Shown in pieces: positions 19,106-28,618 of a stretch of DNA of 64,000 nt. Position numbers and translations under genes: made by a program. The notes beneath the pieces were generated by a model, which searched no databases, was not told the DNA's origin, and saw only the letters and a program-made list of their open reading frames with translations. Where the stretch lies: NCBI GenBank assembly GCA_963821135.1, contig CAWGCR010000001.1:145547-209546 (forward strand), given 5' to 3'. Position 1 is the first letter of the stretch; every line of letters begins with the position of its first letter. This DNA is from an uncultured Bacteroidales bacterium (lineage in GTDB: Bacteria; Bacteroidota; Bacteroidia; Bacteroidales; UBA10428).

Positions 19106-20809
19106 ATGTCAACAAAAATTGCAGGATCGCATGCAGTAATGCGTTCACTTATCGAAGAAGGAGTTGAGCATATTTTCGGGTATCCAGGCGGAGCAATTAT
19201 GCCCGTATACGACTCTATGATGGATTATCAAAAACAAATTAAACATATTCTTACCCGTCATGAGCAGGGTGCTGTACACGCTGCTCAAGGGTATGCAAGA
19301 GTCTCCGGAAAGGTTGGAGTGTGTATGGCCACATCGGGCCCTGGTGCTACCAATCTTATTACAGGAATTGCCGATGCTATGATCGATTCGACTCCTCTTG
19401 TGTGCATTACAGGACAGGTTGGATCTCCACTGCTGGGTACCGATGCATTTCAGGAAACTGATGTTGTGGGTATTTCCATGCCTGTTACCAAGTGGAATTA
19501 CCTTGTTACCAAGCCCGAAGAGATACCTTGGGTAATAGCACAGGCATTTTATATTGCAAGTACCGGTAGACCCGGACCCGTTTTAATCGATATTACAAAA
19601 GATGCTCAGTTTGGTGAACTTGACTTTTATTATGAAAAATGCACCAGTATCCGGAGTTACGTTCCGCAGCCAAAGGTTGATACAACTGCAATTGATGAAG
19701 CAGCAAAACTGATTAACAGTGCTAAAAAACCTTATATTCTATTTGGCCAGGGAGTTATACTAGGAAATGCCGAGGATGAATTCAAGACTTTTTTGGAAAA
19801 ATCGGGTATTCCGGCAGCATGGACCATTCTTGGCGTATCAGCTTTGCCCTCTGATCATCCTCAGAATATGGGTATGCTGGGCATGCATGGAAATTATGCC
19901 ACCAATATCATGAACAACAAATGTGACGTTATGATTGCTATTGGTATGCGCTTCGACGATCGTGTAACCGGTACTTTATCAACCTACGCAAAACAGGCAA
20001 AGATTATTCATCTCGAAATAGATCCTGCTGAAATCGATAAAAATATTAAAGCCGATGTAGCTGTAATTGGAAATGTAAAAGAAACACTACCGCTACTTAC
20101 TGAGAAAATCGAAAAACGCAAACATGTTTCGTGGATCCAGGAGTTTAAAGATCTGTACGAAATTGAGTACAACAAGGTGATAAAAAATGATTTCTATCCC
20201 GATAAGGAAGGGATGACCATGCCCGAGGTGATCAACAAAATAAATGAGAAGACCAATGGCAACGCCATATTTATTACCGATGTAGGGCAGCATCAGATGT
20301 TTGCCTCGCGTTACTGCAAATTCGGGAAGAACCGGAGTTTCGTTACCTCGGGAGGTTTAGGAACCATGGGATTTGGACTCCCTGCTGCTCATGGAGCAAA
20401 AATAGGAGCTCCTGACAGGGAAGTTATTCTTTTTGTTGGCGACGGTGGATTTCAGATGACTATTCAGGAACTGGGTACAATTAACCAGACCGAGGCAGCC
20501 GTTAAAGTGGTTCTCCTGAACAACAAATACCTGGGTATGGTTCGTCAATGGCAACAAATGTTTTTCGATAAACGATATTCCGAAACTTATCTGATGAATC
20601 CGGATTTTATTACCGTTGCAAAAGGCTTTGGAATTGAAGGTAAAAAAGTACTGGAACGGCCTGAACTGGATGCAGCTCTTGATGAAATGCTAAATTTTAA
20701 GGGAGCGTATGTACTCGAAATTTCTATCGAAAAAGAAAACAATGTCTTCCCAATGGTACCCACGGGTATGTCTGTTTCAGAAGTTATTCTTGAAGCACCG
20801 AAAAAATAA
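19106..20809 (+). CDS. ilvB: Acetolactate synthase large subunit
   Basis: FGYPGGAIMP, RHEQGA, TSGPGATN, the TPP-binding GDGGFQMT...NN motif and GMVRQWQ. Confidence 0.95.
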   Translation: MSTKIAGSHAVMRSLIEEGVEHIFGYPGGAIMPVYDSMMDYQKQIKHILTRHEQGAVHAAQGYARVSGKVGVCMATSGPGATNLITGIADAMIDSTPLVCITGQVGSPLLGTDAFQETDVVGISMPVTKWNYLVTKPEEIPWVIAQAFYIASTGRPGPVLIDITKDAQFGELDFYYEKCTSIRSYVPQPKVDTTAIDEAAKLINSAKKPYILFGQGVILGNAEDEFKTFLEKSGIPAAWTILGVSALPSDHPQNMGMLGMHGNYATNIMNNKCDVMIAIGMRFDDRVTGTLSTYAKQAKIIHLEIDPAEIDKNIKADVAVIGNVKETLPLLTEKIEKRKHVSWIQEFKDLYEIEYNKVIKNDFYPDKEGMTMPEVINKINEKTNGNAIFITDVGQHQMFASRYCKFGKNRSFVTSGGLGTMGFGLPAAHGAKIGAPDREVILFVGDGGFQMTIQELGTINQTEAAVKVVLLNNKYLGMVRQWQQMFFDKRYSETYLMNPDFITVAKGFGIEGKKVLERPELDAALDEMLNFKGAYVLEISIEKENNVFPMVPTGMSVSEVILEAPKK

Positions 20810-20826
20810 TTTAAATTCTCCTGAAA

Positions 20827-21360
20827 ATGAAACCAACATATACAATAACAGCCTTTTCAGAAAACCACATCGGATTATTAAACCGTATTACCATCATTTT
20901 TACACGCCGTCTGGTGAATATTGAAACGCTTACTGTTTCTCAATCTGCCATTCCGGGAATCCACAAGTTTACCATTGTCGTAAGGGAAAATCAGGATAAA
21001 GTTGAGAAAGTAGTGAAGCAAATTGAAAAACAGGTTGAAGTGCTTAAAGCATTTTATCACCCTGATGATGAAATTGTACACCAGGAAATTGCCCTGTATA
21101 AAGTTCCTACCGCGGAATTACTTAGCAGTACAACTCTGGAGGAGACTATTCGTCGTCATAACGCCCGAATTCTGGAAGTAATGCCTGAATATACCGTCAT
21201 TGAAAAAACCGGACACAAGCATGAAACGCAAGATCTTTTCGATGATCTATCAAAATACGGCGTGAAGCAATTTACACGTTCCGGAAGAGTAGCGGTTACT
21301 AAACTTAGCGAGGAGCTGCTAACGAATTACCTTTCAGAACTTGACAATAATGAGAAATAG
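20827..21360 (+). CDS. ilvN: Acetolactate synthase regulatory (small) subunit
   Basis: ACT domain ENHIGLLNRITIIFTRRLVNIETL and C-terminal RSGRVA; operon position. Confidence 0.9.
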   Translation: MKPTYTITAFSENHIGLLNRITIIFTRRLVNIETLTVSQSAIPGIHKFTIVVRENQDKVEKVVKQIEKQVEVLKAFYHPDDEIVHQEIALYKVPTAELLSSTTLEETIRRHNARILEVMPEYTVIEKTGHKHETQDLFDDLSKYGVKQFTRSGRVAVTKLSEELLTNYLSELDNNEK

Positions 21361-21403
21361 AATAATAAATAATTTGAAAATTATAAAATAAACTGTTTTA
21401 ATC

Positions 21404-22447
21404 ATGGCAAAAATTAATTTTGGAGGAGTTGAAGAAACCGTAATAACCCGGGAAGAATTTCCTCTGTCGAAAGCACAGGAGGTACTCAAAGGCGAAACTA
21501 TTGCTGTAATCGGATATGGAGTTCAGGGTCCCGCCCAGGCTCTAAATATGAAAGACAATGGCATTAATGTGATCATCGGACAATCGCCCGATTTTAAAGC
21601 AGACTGGGACCGTGCTGTAGCGGATGGATTCGTACCCGGCGAGAGTCTTTTTCCTATCGAAGAAGCCGCTAAGAAAGCGACCATTATTCAATACCTGGTT
21701 TCAGATGCGGCCCAGCGTGCAGTATGGCCTTTGTTGGAAGGCTGCCTGAACGAAGGTGATGCACTCTACTTTTCGCATGGTTTTTCTATTACCTACAAGG
21801 ACCATACAGGAGTTATACCTCCTTCTAATATTGATGTTATACTATGTGCACCCAAAGGCTCGGGAACAAGTGTACGTCGTAATTTTCTTGCCGGTACAGG
21901 CATCAATTCAAGTTATGCTGTATTCCAGGATTTCACAGGAAAAGCGGAACAACGTACTCTTGCTTTAGGTATTGCTATCGGATCGGGGTACCTATTCCCG
22001 ACTACTTTCGAGAATGAAGTATATTCCGATCTTACAGGTGAACGGGGTGTATTGATGGGTGCCCTTGCCGGTATTATGGATGCACAATATCAGGTTCTTC
22101 GCGAAAATGGGCATAGCCCAAGCGAAGCCTTTAACGAAACTGTTGAAGAACTGACACAAAGTCTGATTCGCCTGGTTGATGAGAACGGAATGGACTGGAT
22201 GTATGCCAATTGTAGTGCAACTGCCCAGCGTGGGGCCCTCGACTGGAGACCTCAATTTAAGGATGCCACACTCCCAGTTTTTAATAAATTATACAAAAGG
22301 GTAAGATCGGGAGAAGAATGTGTGAGGGTACTGGAATCAACCGGTTCAGCCGATTATAAATCGAAACTTGAAAAAGAATTGAAAGAATTACGTGAGTCGG
22401 AAATATGGGCTGCAGGTGAGCAGGTTCGTAAGCTGCGCCCCCTTTAG
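21404..22447 (+). CDS. ilvC: Ketol-acid reductoisomerase (Bacteroidota type)
   Basis: IAVIGYGVQGPAQALN, FSHGF, APKGSG, SDLTGERG and CSATAQRGA motifs. Confidence 0.95.
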   Translation: MAKINFGGVEETVITREEFPLSKAQEVLKGETIAVIGYGVQGPAQALNMKDNGINVIIGQSPDFKADWDRAVADGFVPGESLFPIEEAAKKATIIQYLVSDAAQRAVWPLLEGCLNEGDALYFSHGFSITYKDHTGVIPPSNIDVILCAPKGSGTSVRRNFLAGTGINSSYAVFQDFTGKAEQRTLALGIAIGSGYLFPTTFENEVYSDLTGERGVLMGALAGIMDAQYQVLRENGHSPSEAFNETVEELTQSLIRLVDENGMDWMYANCSATAQRGALDWRPQFKDATLPVFNKLYKRVRSGEECVRVLESTGSADYKSKLEKELKELRESEIWAAGEQVRKLRPL

Positions 22448-22475
22448 TGATTCTGCAACGGTATAATTATTGATC

Positions 22476-22506
22476 AGGCCCTGGTAGCAATACCGGGGCT
22501 TTTTTT
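22476..22506 (+). terminator. Rho-independent terminator of the ilv operon
   Basis: AGGCCCTGGTA-GCAA-TACCGGGGCT followed by a T-tract. Confidence 0.85.
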
Positions 22507-22557
22507 ATCTTCGTTTTCCGGAATCTGCTATTATTGAATGCTAACTGGGAATTTTTT

Positions 22558-23223
22558 ATGACCGAAAAAGATAAAGATAAAGCAAACATTATTCAGGCAG
22601 CATGGTTGCCCCTTCTTTTTGTTGTTATATTATGGGTAGTTAGAATTACCGAGGTTTTGACCGGTACCAGTTTTGTACATTTTGGTCTATTCCCTCTTGA
22701 TATCATAGGCCTGCGTGGAATTTTATTTGCACCCTTTATACATGGCAGCTGGGAACATCTTTTCAATAATACCCTGCCATTACTTATTCTGGGCTGGGGC
22801 TTATTTTTCTTCTATAAACCTGTCGCCTATAAAGTTTTCTTGCTTGTATTTATCATCCACAATTTCTGGTTATGGTTTTTTGGCAGAGATTCTTATCACA
22901 TCGGTGCCAGTGGCCTGATCTACGGTTTAGGAGCTTTCCTGTTTTTAAGTGGAATTATTCGAATGAACAAGCACCTGCTTACCATATCCTTATTGGTGGC
23001 ATTTGTATATGGAAGTATGGTATGGGGTATTTTTCCTCTCGAGGAGAAAGTATCCTGGGAGGGACACCTGAGTGGCATGGCAGCCGGAATACTACTGGCA
23101 TTCTATTACAGGCAGTATGGTCCACAACGAAATATGGGATTAAAACCTGATTATCCGGAGGATGATTTGCCCGATGAAGATGACTTTTGGAATGTGGAAG
23201 AAGAGAAAGAGGGTAATCTGTAA
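22558..23223 (+). CDS. Rhomboid family intramembrane serine protease
   Basis: HGSWEHLFNN, GASGLIYG (catalytic Ser) and SWEGHLSG (catalytic His). ATG at 22558. Confidence 0.9.
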   Translation: MTEKDKDKANIIQAAWLPLLFVVILWVVRITEVLTGTSFVHFGLFPLDIIGLRGILFAPFIHGSWEHLFNNTLPLLILGWGLFFFYKPVAYKVFLLVFIIHNFWLWFFGRDSYHIGASGLIYGLGAFLFLSGIIRMNKHLLTISLLVAFVYGSMVWGIFPLEEKVSWEGHLSGMAAGILLAFYYRQYGPQRNMGLKPDYPEDDLPDEDDFWNVEEEKEGNL

Positions 23224-23257
23224 GAGGTGATCAGTGAAATGTGAATAGTGACAGGTT

Positions 23258-23362
23258 TGCGGGCGTAGCATGCTACGCCTCTGCAATCCATCAAACCAAC
23301 AGACTTGAAATTATATAGTACGGAAGTAGCATGCTACGCCCCTACAATCAGACAATCCAACA
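23258..23362 (-). repeat. REP-doublet element, copy 3 (inverted)
   Basis: The reverse complement reads GTAGGGGCGTAGCATGCTACTTCCGTAC-TATATAATTTCAAG...GGATT-GCAGAGGCGTAGCATGCTACGCCCG. Confidence 0.8.
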
Positions 23363-23443
23363 AATTAACAATCCTCAATCAGAAATTGTAATTTTGAACA
23401 TTAAAATTTAAACTTGCATCTTTAATCTCCTATCCTTCCAGCC

Positions 23444-24190
23444 ATGAAAAAAACAATAGTATTACTCTCCGTTTTTCTCTCAACCTTTTGCTTTTCACAA
23501 GAAAATATGAGACTTATTCCGGGCGGAGAATTTACCATGGGAAAAAACACCGAAAGAGGTGGCGATTTTCATCCTGCTCATAAAGTAGTTGTCGATTCAT
23601 TTTATATGGATTCGCATGAGGTAACCAATGCAGAATACCTAAAGTTTTGTCAGGAGACCGGGCACAAATTTCCTGAATTCTGGAATGTAGGTATTTTTCA
23701 TTGTGGAGAGAATTTTCCGGATTATCCTGTAATGGGTGTAAACTGGTACGATGCCATGAAATACGCCGAGTGGGCAGGAAAACGATTGCCCACCGAAGCC
23801 GAATGGGAATATGCTGCCCGGGGTGGTTTGGTTGATAATGAATTTCCAAATGGTAATACCTGGGAAACCTCTATACGAAGAAACAATACAACCGGCGAAT
23901 GGGAAAACCTGACCGTTGAAGTACAAAGTTTCGAGCCCAATGGATTTGGATTGTACGATATGGGAGGAAATGTATGGGAGTGGACCTTTGACATCTATCA
24001 ACACAATTATTATGAAAACAGTCCGGAAAACAATCCAAGGGGGGCCGAAGAGGGGACTTGCCGGGTAATTCGCGGGGGGAGCTGGCACTCGGGAAAAATG
24101 TGCCATAAAGTCTACTTCCGCAAAGGACTTACTTCAAACTGGGTGGATTTTGCCGTGGGATTTCGGTGTGTAAAAGATAGTCACAACTAA
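23444..24190 (+). CDS. Exported FGE-sulfatase (SUMF1/EgtB/PvdO) domain protein
   Basis: Signal peptide; GGEFTMG, EVTN, RLPTEAEWEYAARGG, NGFGLYDMGGNVWEW and RGGSW...GFRC motifs. Confidence 0.85.
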   Translation: MKKTIVLLSVFLSTFCFSQENMRLIPGGEFTMGKNTERGGDFHPAHKVVVDSFYMDSHEVTNAEYLKFCQETGHKFPEFWNVGIFHCGENFPDYPVMGVNWYDAMKYAEWAGKRLPTEAEWEYAARGGLVDNEFPNGNTWETSIRRNNTTGEWENLTVEVQSFEPNGFGLYDMGGNVWEWTFDIYQHNYYENSPENNPRGAEEGTCRVIRGGSWHSGKMCHKVYFRKGLTSNWVDFAVGFRCVKDSHN

Positions 24191-24311
24191 CTACAAATAC
24201 TGTACTTACTTGATTTGAGGCAGCAGGGCTCCGCATTTTACTATCATCCTATCTCTTTTCAAAATCGAAAGCAGTTTAATGTATTACCTTTACAGATAAA
24301 CAGTCAAGAAT

Positions 24312-24977
24312 ATGAGAGTTATCGTAACCGGTGCAACCGGAATGGTAGGAAAAGGTGTTCTGTTAGAATGCCTCGATCATCAGGATATCACCGAAGTATT
24401 ATCTATTTCCCGAAGAACATGCGGGATAAGCCATCAGAAACTGAAGGAGCTGATTCATGAAGATTTTTCTGAATTTGCTTCAATTAAAGACAAAATAAAG
24501 GACTATGATGCCTGTTATGCTTGCATGGGTGTGAGCGCTGCCGGCATGAAGGAAGAGTTATATACTAAACTTACCTATAATTATACCCTTTCCTTGGCCA
24601 ACGAACTGCTAAGTCTGAATCCGGCTATGACTTTTAATTATGTTTCGGGTGTGGGTACCGATTCCACTGAAAAAGGAAGAAGTATGTGGGCCAGAGTAAA
24701 GGGGAAAACTGAAAACGAACTTTTAAAGCTAGGTTTTCATCAGGCATTCATGTTCAGGCCCGGAGCAATCATTCCCTTAAGAGGAATTCAACCAAGCAGC
24801 AAAATTTACAAGTTATTTATTAATAACCTGAAGTGGCTCCTGAGACTGATCAAATGGTTTGCTCCAAATGCTGTGGTCAATACCAGCCAGATAGGTTTAG
24901 CCATGATAAACATCACAAAACAGGGATATGATAAGAATGTGATCACACCACGCGATATTCTGATCTTAGCCCAATAA
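24312..24977 (+). CDS. NAD(P)-binding Rossmann-fold protein (atypical SDR/epimerase family)
   Basis: VTGATGMVG, YVSGVGTDSTEKGRSMWARVKG and FRPG motifs. Confidence 0.8.
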   Translation: MRVIVTGATGMVGKGVLLECLDHQDITEVLSISRRTCGISHQKLKELIHEDFSEFASIKDKIKDYDACYACMGVSAAGMKEELYTKLTYNYTLSLANELLSLNPAMTFNYVSGVGTDSTEKGRSMWARVKGKTENELLKLGFHQAFMFRPGAIIPLRGIQPSSKIYKLFINNLKWLLRLIKWFAPNAVVNTSQIGLAMINITKQGYDKNVITPRDILILAQ

Positions 24978-24990
24978 AAGCAGGATTTAA

Positions 24991-25596
24991 ATGGATGTTT
25001 CAATTCGACAGGCCCGCATATCTGATTTGCCATACATCTATGATATATGCCTTAAAACTGGTAAAAACGGTGAAGATTCTTCCGGATTATTAAGTGATAA
25101 ATATATTGTAGGTCAATACTTTGCAGCTCCCTACCTGCATTTCGAAATTGATTTATGTTTTGTTATAGAAAAGAATTCCATTCCTGCTGGCTACATAATC
25201 GGTGCTTCATCCACTGAGGGCTTCAATACCTGGATGAATACCCATTGGCTTCCGGCTATAAGAGAATTTTATCCAGCTGGAATGAATCCAAAAAGTGATT
25301 TTGAAAAGTTTTTAATTGATACAATAAACAAAGATTGCTGTACACCAGATTTTCTACTCGATTACCCCAGCCACTTACATATCGATTTATTGCCTGGTGT
25401 CCAAAAAATGGGATATGGTAAAAAGCTGATGAGTACATTTATTGAAAAGTTAAGGTCGAAAAGATCAACAGGCGTTCATCTGGCTGCGGGGATAGAAAAC
25501 ACCAATGCAATTGAATTTTATAAAAGTATAGGGTTTAAAGAACTCAAAAAGGATCCGGGATCATTATTTATGGGAATACAATTTGATTCGATATGA
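24991..25596 (+). CDS. GNAT family N-acetyltransferase
   Basis: YPSHLHIDLLP.VQKMGYGKKL...GVHL...NTNAIEFYKSIGF motif. Confidence 0.85.
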   Translation: MDVSIRQARISDLPYIYDICLKTGKNGEDSSGLLSDKYIVGQYFAAPYLHFEIDLCFVIEKNSIPAGYIIGASSTEGFNTWMNTHWLPAIREFYPAGMNPKSDFEKFLIDTINKDCCTPDFLLDYPSHLHIDLLPGVQKMGYGKKLMSTFIEKLRSKRSTGVHLAAGIENTNAIEFYKSIGFKELKKDPGSLFMGIQFDSI

Positions 25597-25942
25597 GTCA
25601 ATCCGAGGAAATGGTAACTAATAGAATGCTTGAACATTTTTTGTAAAAATGGAAGACTGGAAAGTTGGAAAGAGGGGATTGAGAAAGGAATTATTCGTGC
25701 AATTTTCTCTGTTTGAAGGCAGTCAACATTCCGTTCTTTCTTAAAAAAGGAGTTTTATTAATTGTACTTCAAAACAATCATCTGACATCTTCATTAAACT
25801 CACAATAAAACAAGCTTGTCGTATACATGCCGTGTTTTCAAATAGGAAACATCCTCAAAGAACTAAAGTACCGAAGTATTCTTTAGTGTGATTCCCATCT
25901 GAAAGAAATCCCATATACCCGCTAGCATACAATAGTTACCGG

Positions 25943-26297
25943 ATATACAATTTGTTATTAAAAAGTTAATCTGTAACTTGCTGGAAGATTATTACTTCTC
26001 AATAACAGGATTGTTTCCAACCTGTTGACTCACTTATCTTTTCTCAGAAAATGAATGTACAAAATATCTGATTTTCAGTTTATAATTTAAGTAGATAATT
26101 ATTTAATAGTAAAAGGAAGACTATTATGAAATTCAAAACTGTGATGATTATTAAAGCCATAATCTGTTTAGGCTTTGGCCCTTTGCTGTTGTTTGTACCC
26201 GGTTGGTTGCTAAGTATACTGGGCTCATCATTTGGTCCGGGAGCTGCTCTGACAGCAAGGGAATATGGTGCAGTACTCATTGGAAATCTCTACTCAT
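25943..26297 (+). repeat. Left copy of the ~350-bp direct repeat bounding the PUL island
   Basis: Aligns by eye with 57982-58337, from ATATACAATTTG to GGAAATCTC(T)TACTCA, with roughly 20 differences. Confidence 0.95.
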
Positions 26298-26299
26298 AA
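26126..26299 (+). pseudogene. 3'-truncated copy (57 codons) of the membrane-protein gene at 58167-58547
   Basis: MKFKTVMIIKAIICLGFGPLLLFVPGWLLSILGSSFGPGAALTAREYGAVLIGNLYS* matches the N-terminus of the intact 126-aa protein, then ends at the island junction. Confidence 0.85.
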
Positions 26300-26958
26300 A
26301 TCTTTTCTAATATGACCGTATAAATACTTTCTTCACCATGAGGAGCTACACACCTTATATGATTATCTTCTGTAAAATCAATTTTAGTAACCTTATCTTC
26401 GATTTCTGTATTTCCCCAAAATACTTTTGCTTCAGGAGATTCTCTAAGCGTGGATACTAACGATTGGCTGATATCCACTCCTTCCGGAACTCTGATTGTG
26501 ATTGTGAAATTTATTTTATCAAGGTATGTATAGAGTTTAGGTTCAGATACTTTAAAGGACAGGAGTCTTGACCTTGTATCGATTACTGTTATCGTTTTTT
26601 CGAAAATAGATCTGTTGGAGTCTTGTCCCCAGTTTCCATAACTTGAACATATACAAGTAACTGTATAGGTTCCCCCGACGTAATATTTATATATGTACGT
26701 TGCTTCTGTCACTTCTACACCTGTGTCATCTGGGAAATTTTTATATTCATGACCTGGATGACCCATATATAGGGTTGTCATTTCTCCTTTTCCACTAAAT
26801 TCAAGCGTTAGCGGTGAGCCTGCTAAATAGGGCTCCTCATTTGCTATTGTAAAATGAGCGTCGACTTCAATGGGTTCTTCCTTTACACATCCTGTGAAAA
26901 GGAGTATACAAGCTGAAATTATTGTCGAACTTATATAAAGACTTTTTTTAACATTCAT
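26290..26958 (-). CDS. Surface lipoprotein (DUF5017/DUF5018-like; probable glycan-binding partner of SusC/D)
   Basis: Lipobox FTGC; FSGKGE...YMGHPGHEY and DFTEDNHIRCVAPHG...YTV segments; directly downstream of susD. Confidence 0.6.
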   Translation of the reverse strand: MNVKKSLYISSTIISACILLFTGCVKEEPIEVDAHFTIANEEPYLAGSPLTLEFSGKGEMTTLYMGHPGHEYKNFPDDTGVEVTEATYIYKYYVGGTYTVTCICSSYGNWGQDSNRSIFEKTITVIDTRSRLLSFKVSEPKLYTYLDKINFTITIRVPEGVDISQSLVSTLRESPEAKVFWGNTEIEDKVTKIDFTEDNHIRCVAPHGEESIYTVILEKIYE

Positions 26959-26996
26959 GTCTGTTTATTTTAAAAGTTAATACTTCCAATAAGGCA

Positions 26997-28595
26997 TTAC
27001 CAACCGGGATTTTGTTTCAATTTACCCTGCATTTTCGAAATTTCTGAAGTTGGAATTGGCAAATACTCATTTTTACCTTCAACAAAATATTTAATGTAAT
27101 CGGAAGGTTTAGGCCAATCGTCACCAATTTTCCCCCAGCGTACCAAGTCAAAATACCAGGTTCCTTCAAAACCGAATTCACAGGAGCGTTCATGCACGAT
27201 ATCCATAGGAGTCAACACTGTCAACGCTTCAAGGCCCGCTCTTTCTCTGACCTGATTAATTGCATTCAGGGCTAATGTAGTACTCCCGTTCACATGATAT
27301 TCAGCCTCAGCAAGCATTAATAAAACATCGGAATACCTGTACACTCTCCAGTCGTTTGGAGAATTCCAGGGTGCAGGTTCTTCTTCATGCATTGGATATA
27401 AATATTTTTTGATGCCAAAACCAGTATTTACAGCGGGCTCTAAATGACGGTCGGGATTAAACGGCACATAATATGTACTTTCCTTATTATTGGTAACTGT
27501 ATCGCCGGGAGAATAGATTGTGCAATATTTCCTGGGATCATACTTCAAACCGGCCGGATGATTTGGTGTTTCTTCAAATTCGTCAGCATATTCTACTGAA
27601 CAGGAGATATTTCCCCAGCCGTTTATTGAGATGTAATTATACAGTAAACCACCATCGCACATCCAACCCGGAAGATAATACGTTCTTACAAAATCAGTAT
27701 TTGCATATTGAATTGAAAAAATTGATTCGATATTGTTTTCGGCTTTATAGGTTCTGCCATTATTCGATAAGTCCATCGATGTGAAATTGCATTGATAGGC
27801 ATTTATATAGTCAGCAGAATCGTTTACTAGGGGCTTTGAGAGATCATATACTCCCAAATCGATAACTTTCTGACAGTATTCCTTGGCTTTTACCCATTTT
27901 TCATGATATAGATAGGTTTTTGCCATCAATGTTAAAGCGGCTCCTTTTGTAGCACGACCAATATTCGAATCGTCATATTCTTCGGGTAGTATGTCAATTG
28001 CTCCCGCAATATGATTACCTTTTTCATCATTATAGCCAATCAAATCTTTTTCAATTTGTTCTAAAAATTGTGGCCAGGTAGCATTTTCAAATACAGCCTG
28101 CATATCTAATATAACTTCATTTATCAGTGGAGGCTCATTAAATGTTGTATGTAAAATAAAATTGTACAACGATCGTGTGAATTTCATTTCAGCAATTAAT
28201 CTTTCACTTAGCTCTTCAGTTAATAAAGGATCCCTAATTTGTGGTATTTTATCCATTGCCAGATTGGATTTGGCAATCCCCCTGTATGCGTACCCGTAAA
28301 TAAACTTAACAAATTCATCTTCAGCGGGAAAAATTAATTCTTCGTAAACCGCATCTTCATAAACGCCCTGATCGTCCATCGCCATGAATAAAAAAATTAA
28401 GCGTAAACCATACAAGCCGTTTCCCTTCATGGCATCGTAGCCTGCAACTACTGCCTGATGTGCATGATCAACAGTAGTATAATAGGTGCTTTGGGAAATC
28501 GCATTTTTATTTTCTGCATCAAGAATATCCTCCGAACAGCTTACGGATACTAGTGAGAAAATAAAGCCCAAAATATAAAATTTATTTTTTTTCAT
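26997..28595 (-). CDS. SusD/RagB family lipoprotein
   Basis: Lipobox SVSC; AEMKFTRS, GRATKGAA, YRYSDVLLMLAEA, ERSCEFGFEG..YFDLVRW and QNPGW motifs. Confidence 0.92.
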   Translation of the reverse strand: MKKNKFYILGFIFSLVSVSCSEDILDAENKNAISQSTYYTTVDHAHQAVVAGYDAMKGNGLYGLRLIFLFMAMDDQGVYEDAVYEELIFPAEDEFVKFIYGYAYRGIAKSNLAMDKIPQIRDPLLTEELSERLIAEMKFTRSLYNFILHTTFNEPPLINEVILDMQAVFENATWPQFLEQIEKDLIGYNDEKGNHIAGAIDILPEEYDDSNIGRATKGAALTLMAKTYLYHEKWVKAKEYCQKVIDLGVYDLSKPLVNDSADYINAYQCNFTSMDLSNNGRTYKAENNIESIFSIQYANTDFVRTYYLPGWMCDGGLLYNYISINGWGNISCSVEYADEFEETPNHPAGLKYDPRKYCTIYSPGDTVTNNKESTYYVPFNPDRHLEPAVNTGFGIKKYLYPMHEEEPAPWNSPNDWRVYRYSDVLLMLAEAEYHVNGSTTLALNAINQVRERAGLEALTVLTPMDIVHERSCEFGFEGTWYFDLVRWGKIGDDWPKPSDYIKYFVEGKNEYLPIPTSEISKMQGKLKQNPGW

Positions 28596-28618
28596 ATTGG
28601 TAATTTTAATGTCTGTTT

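Noticed and set aside
26080-26280. 66-aa minus-strand ORF and its 74-aa twin at 58115-58339
   Set aside because: Both are shadows of the plus-strand membrane gene; their similarity only reflects the DNA duplication.
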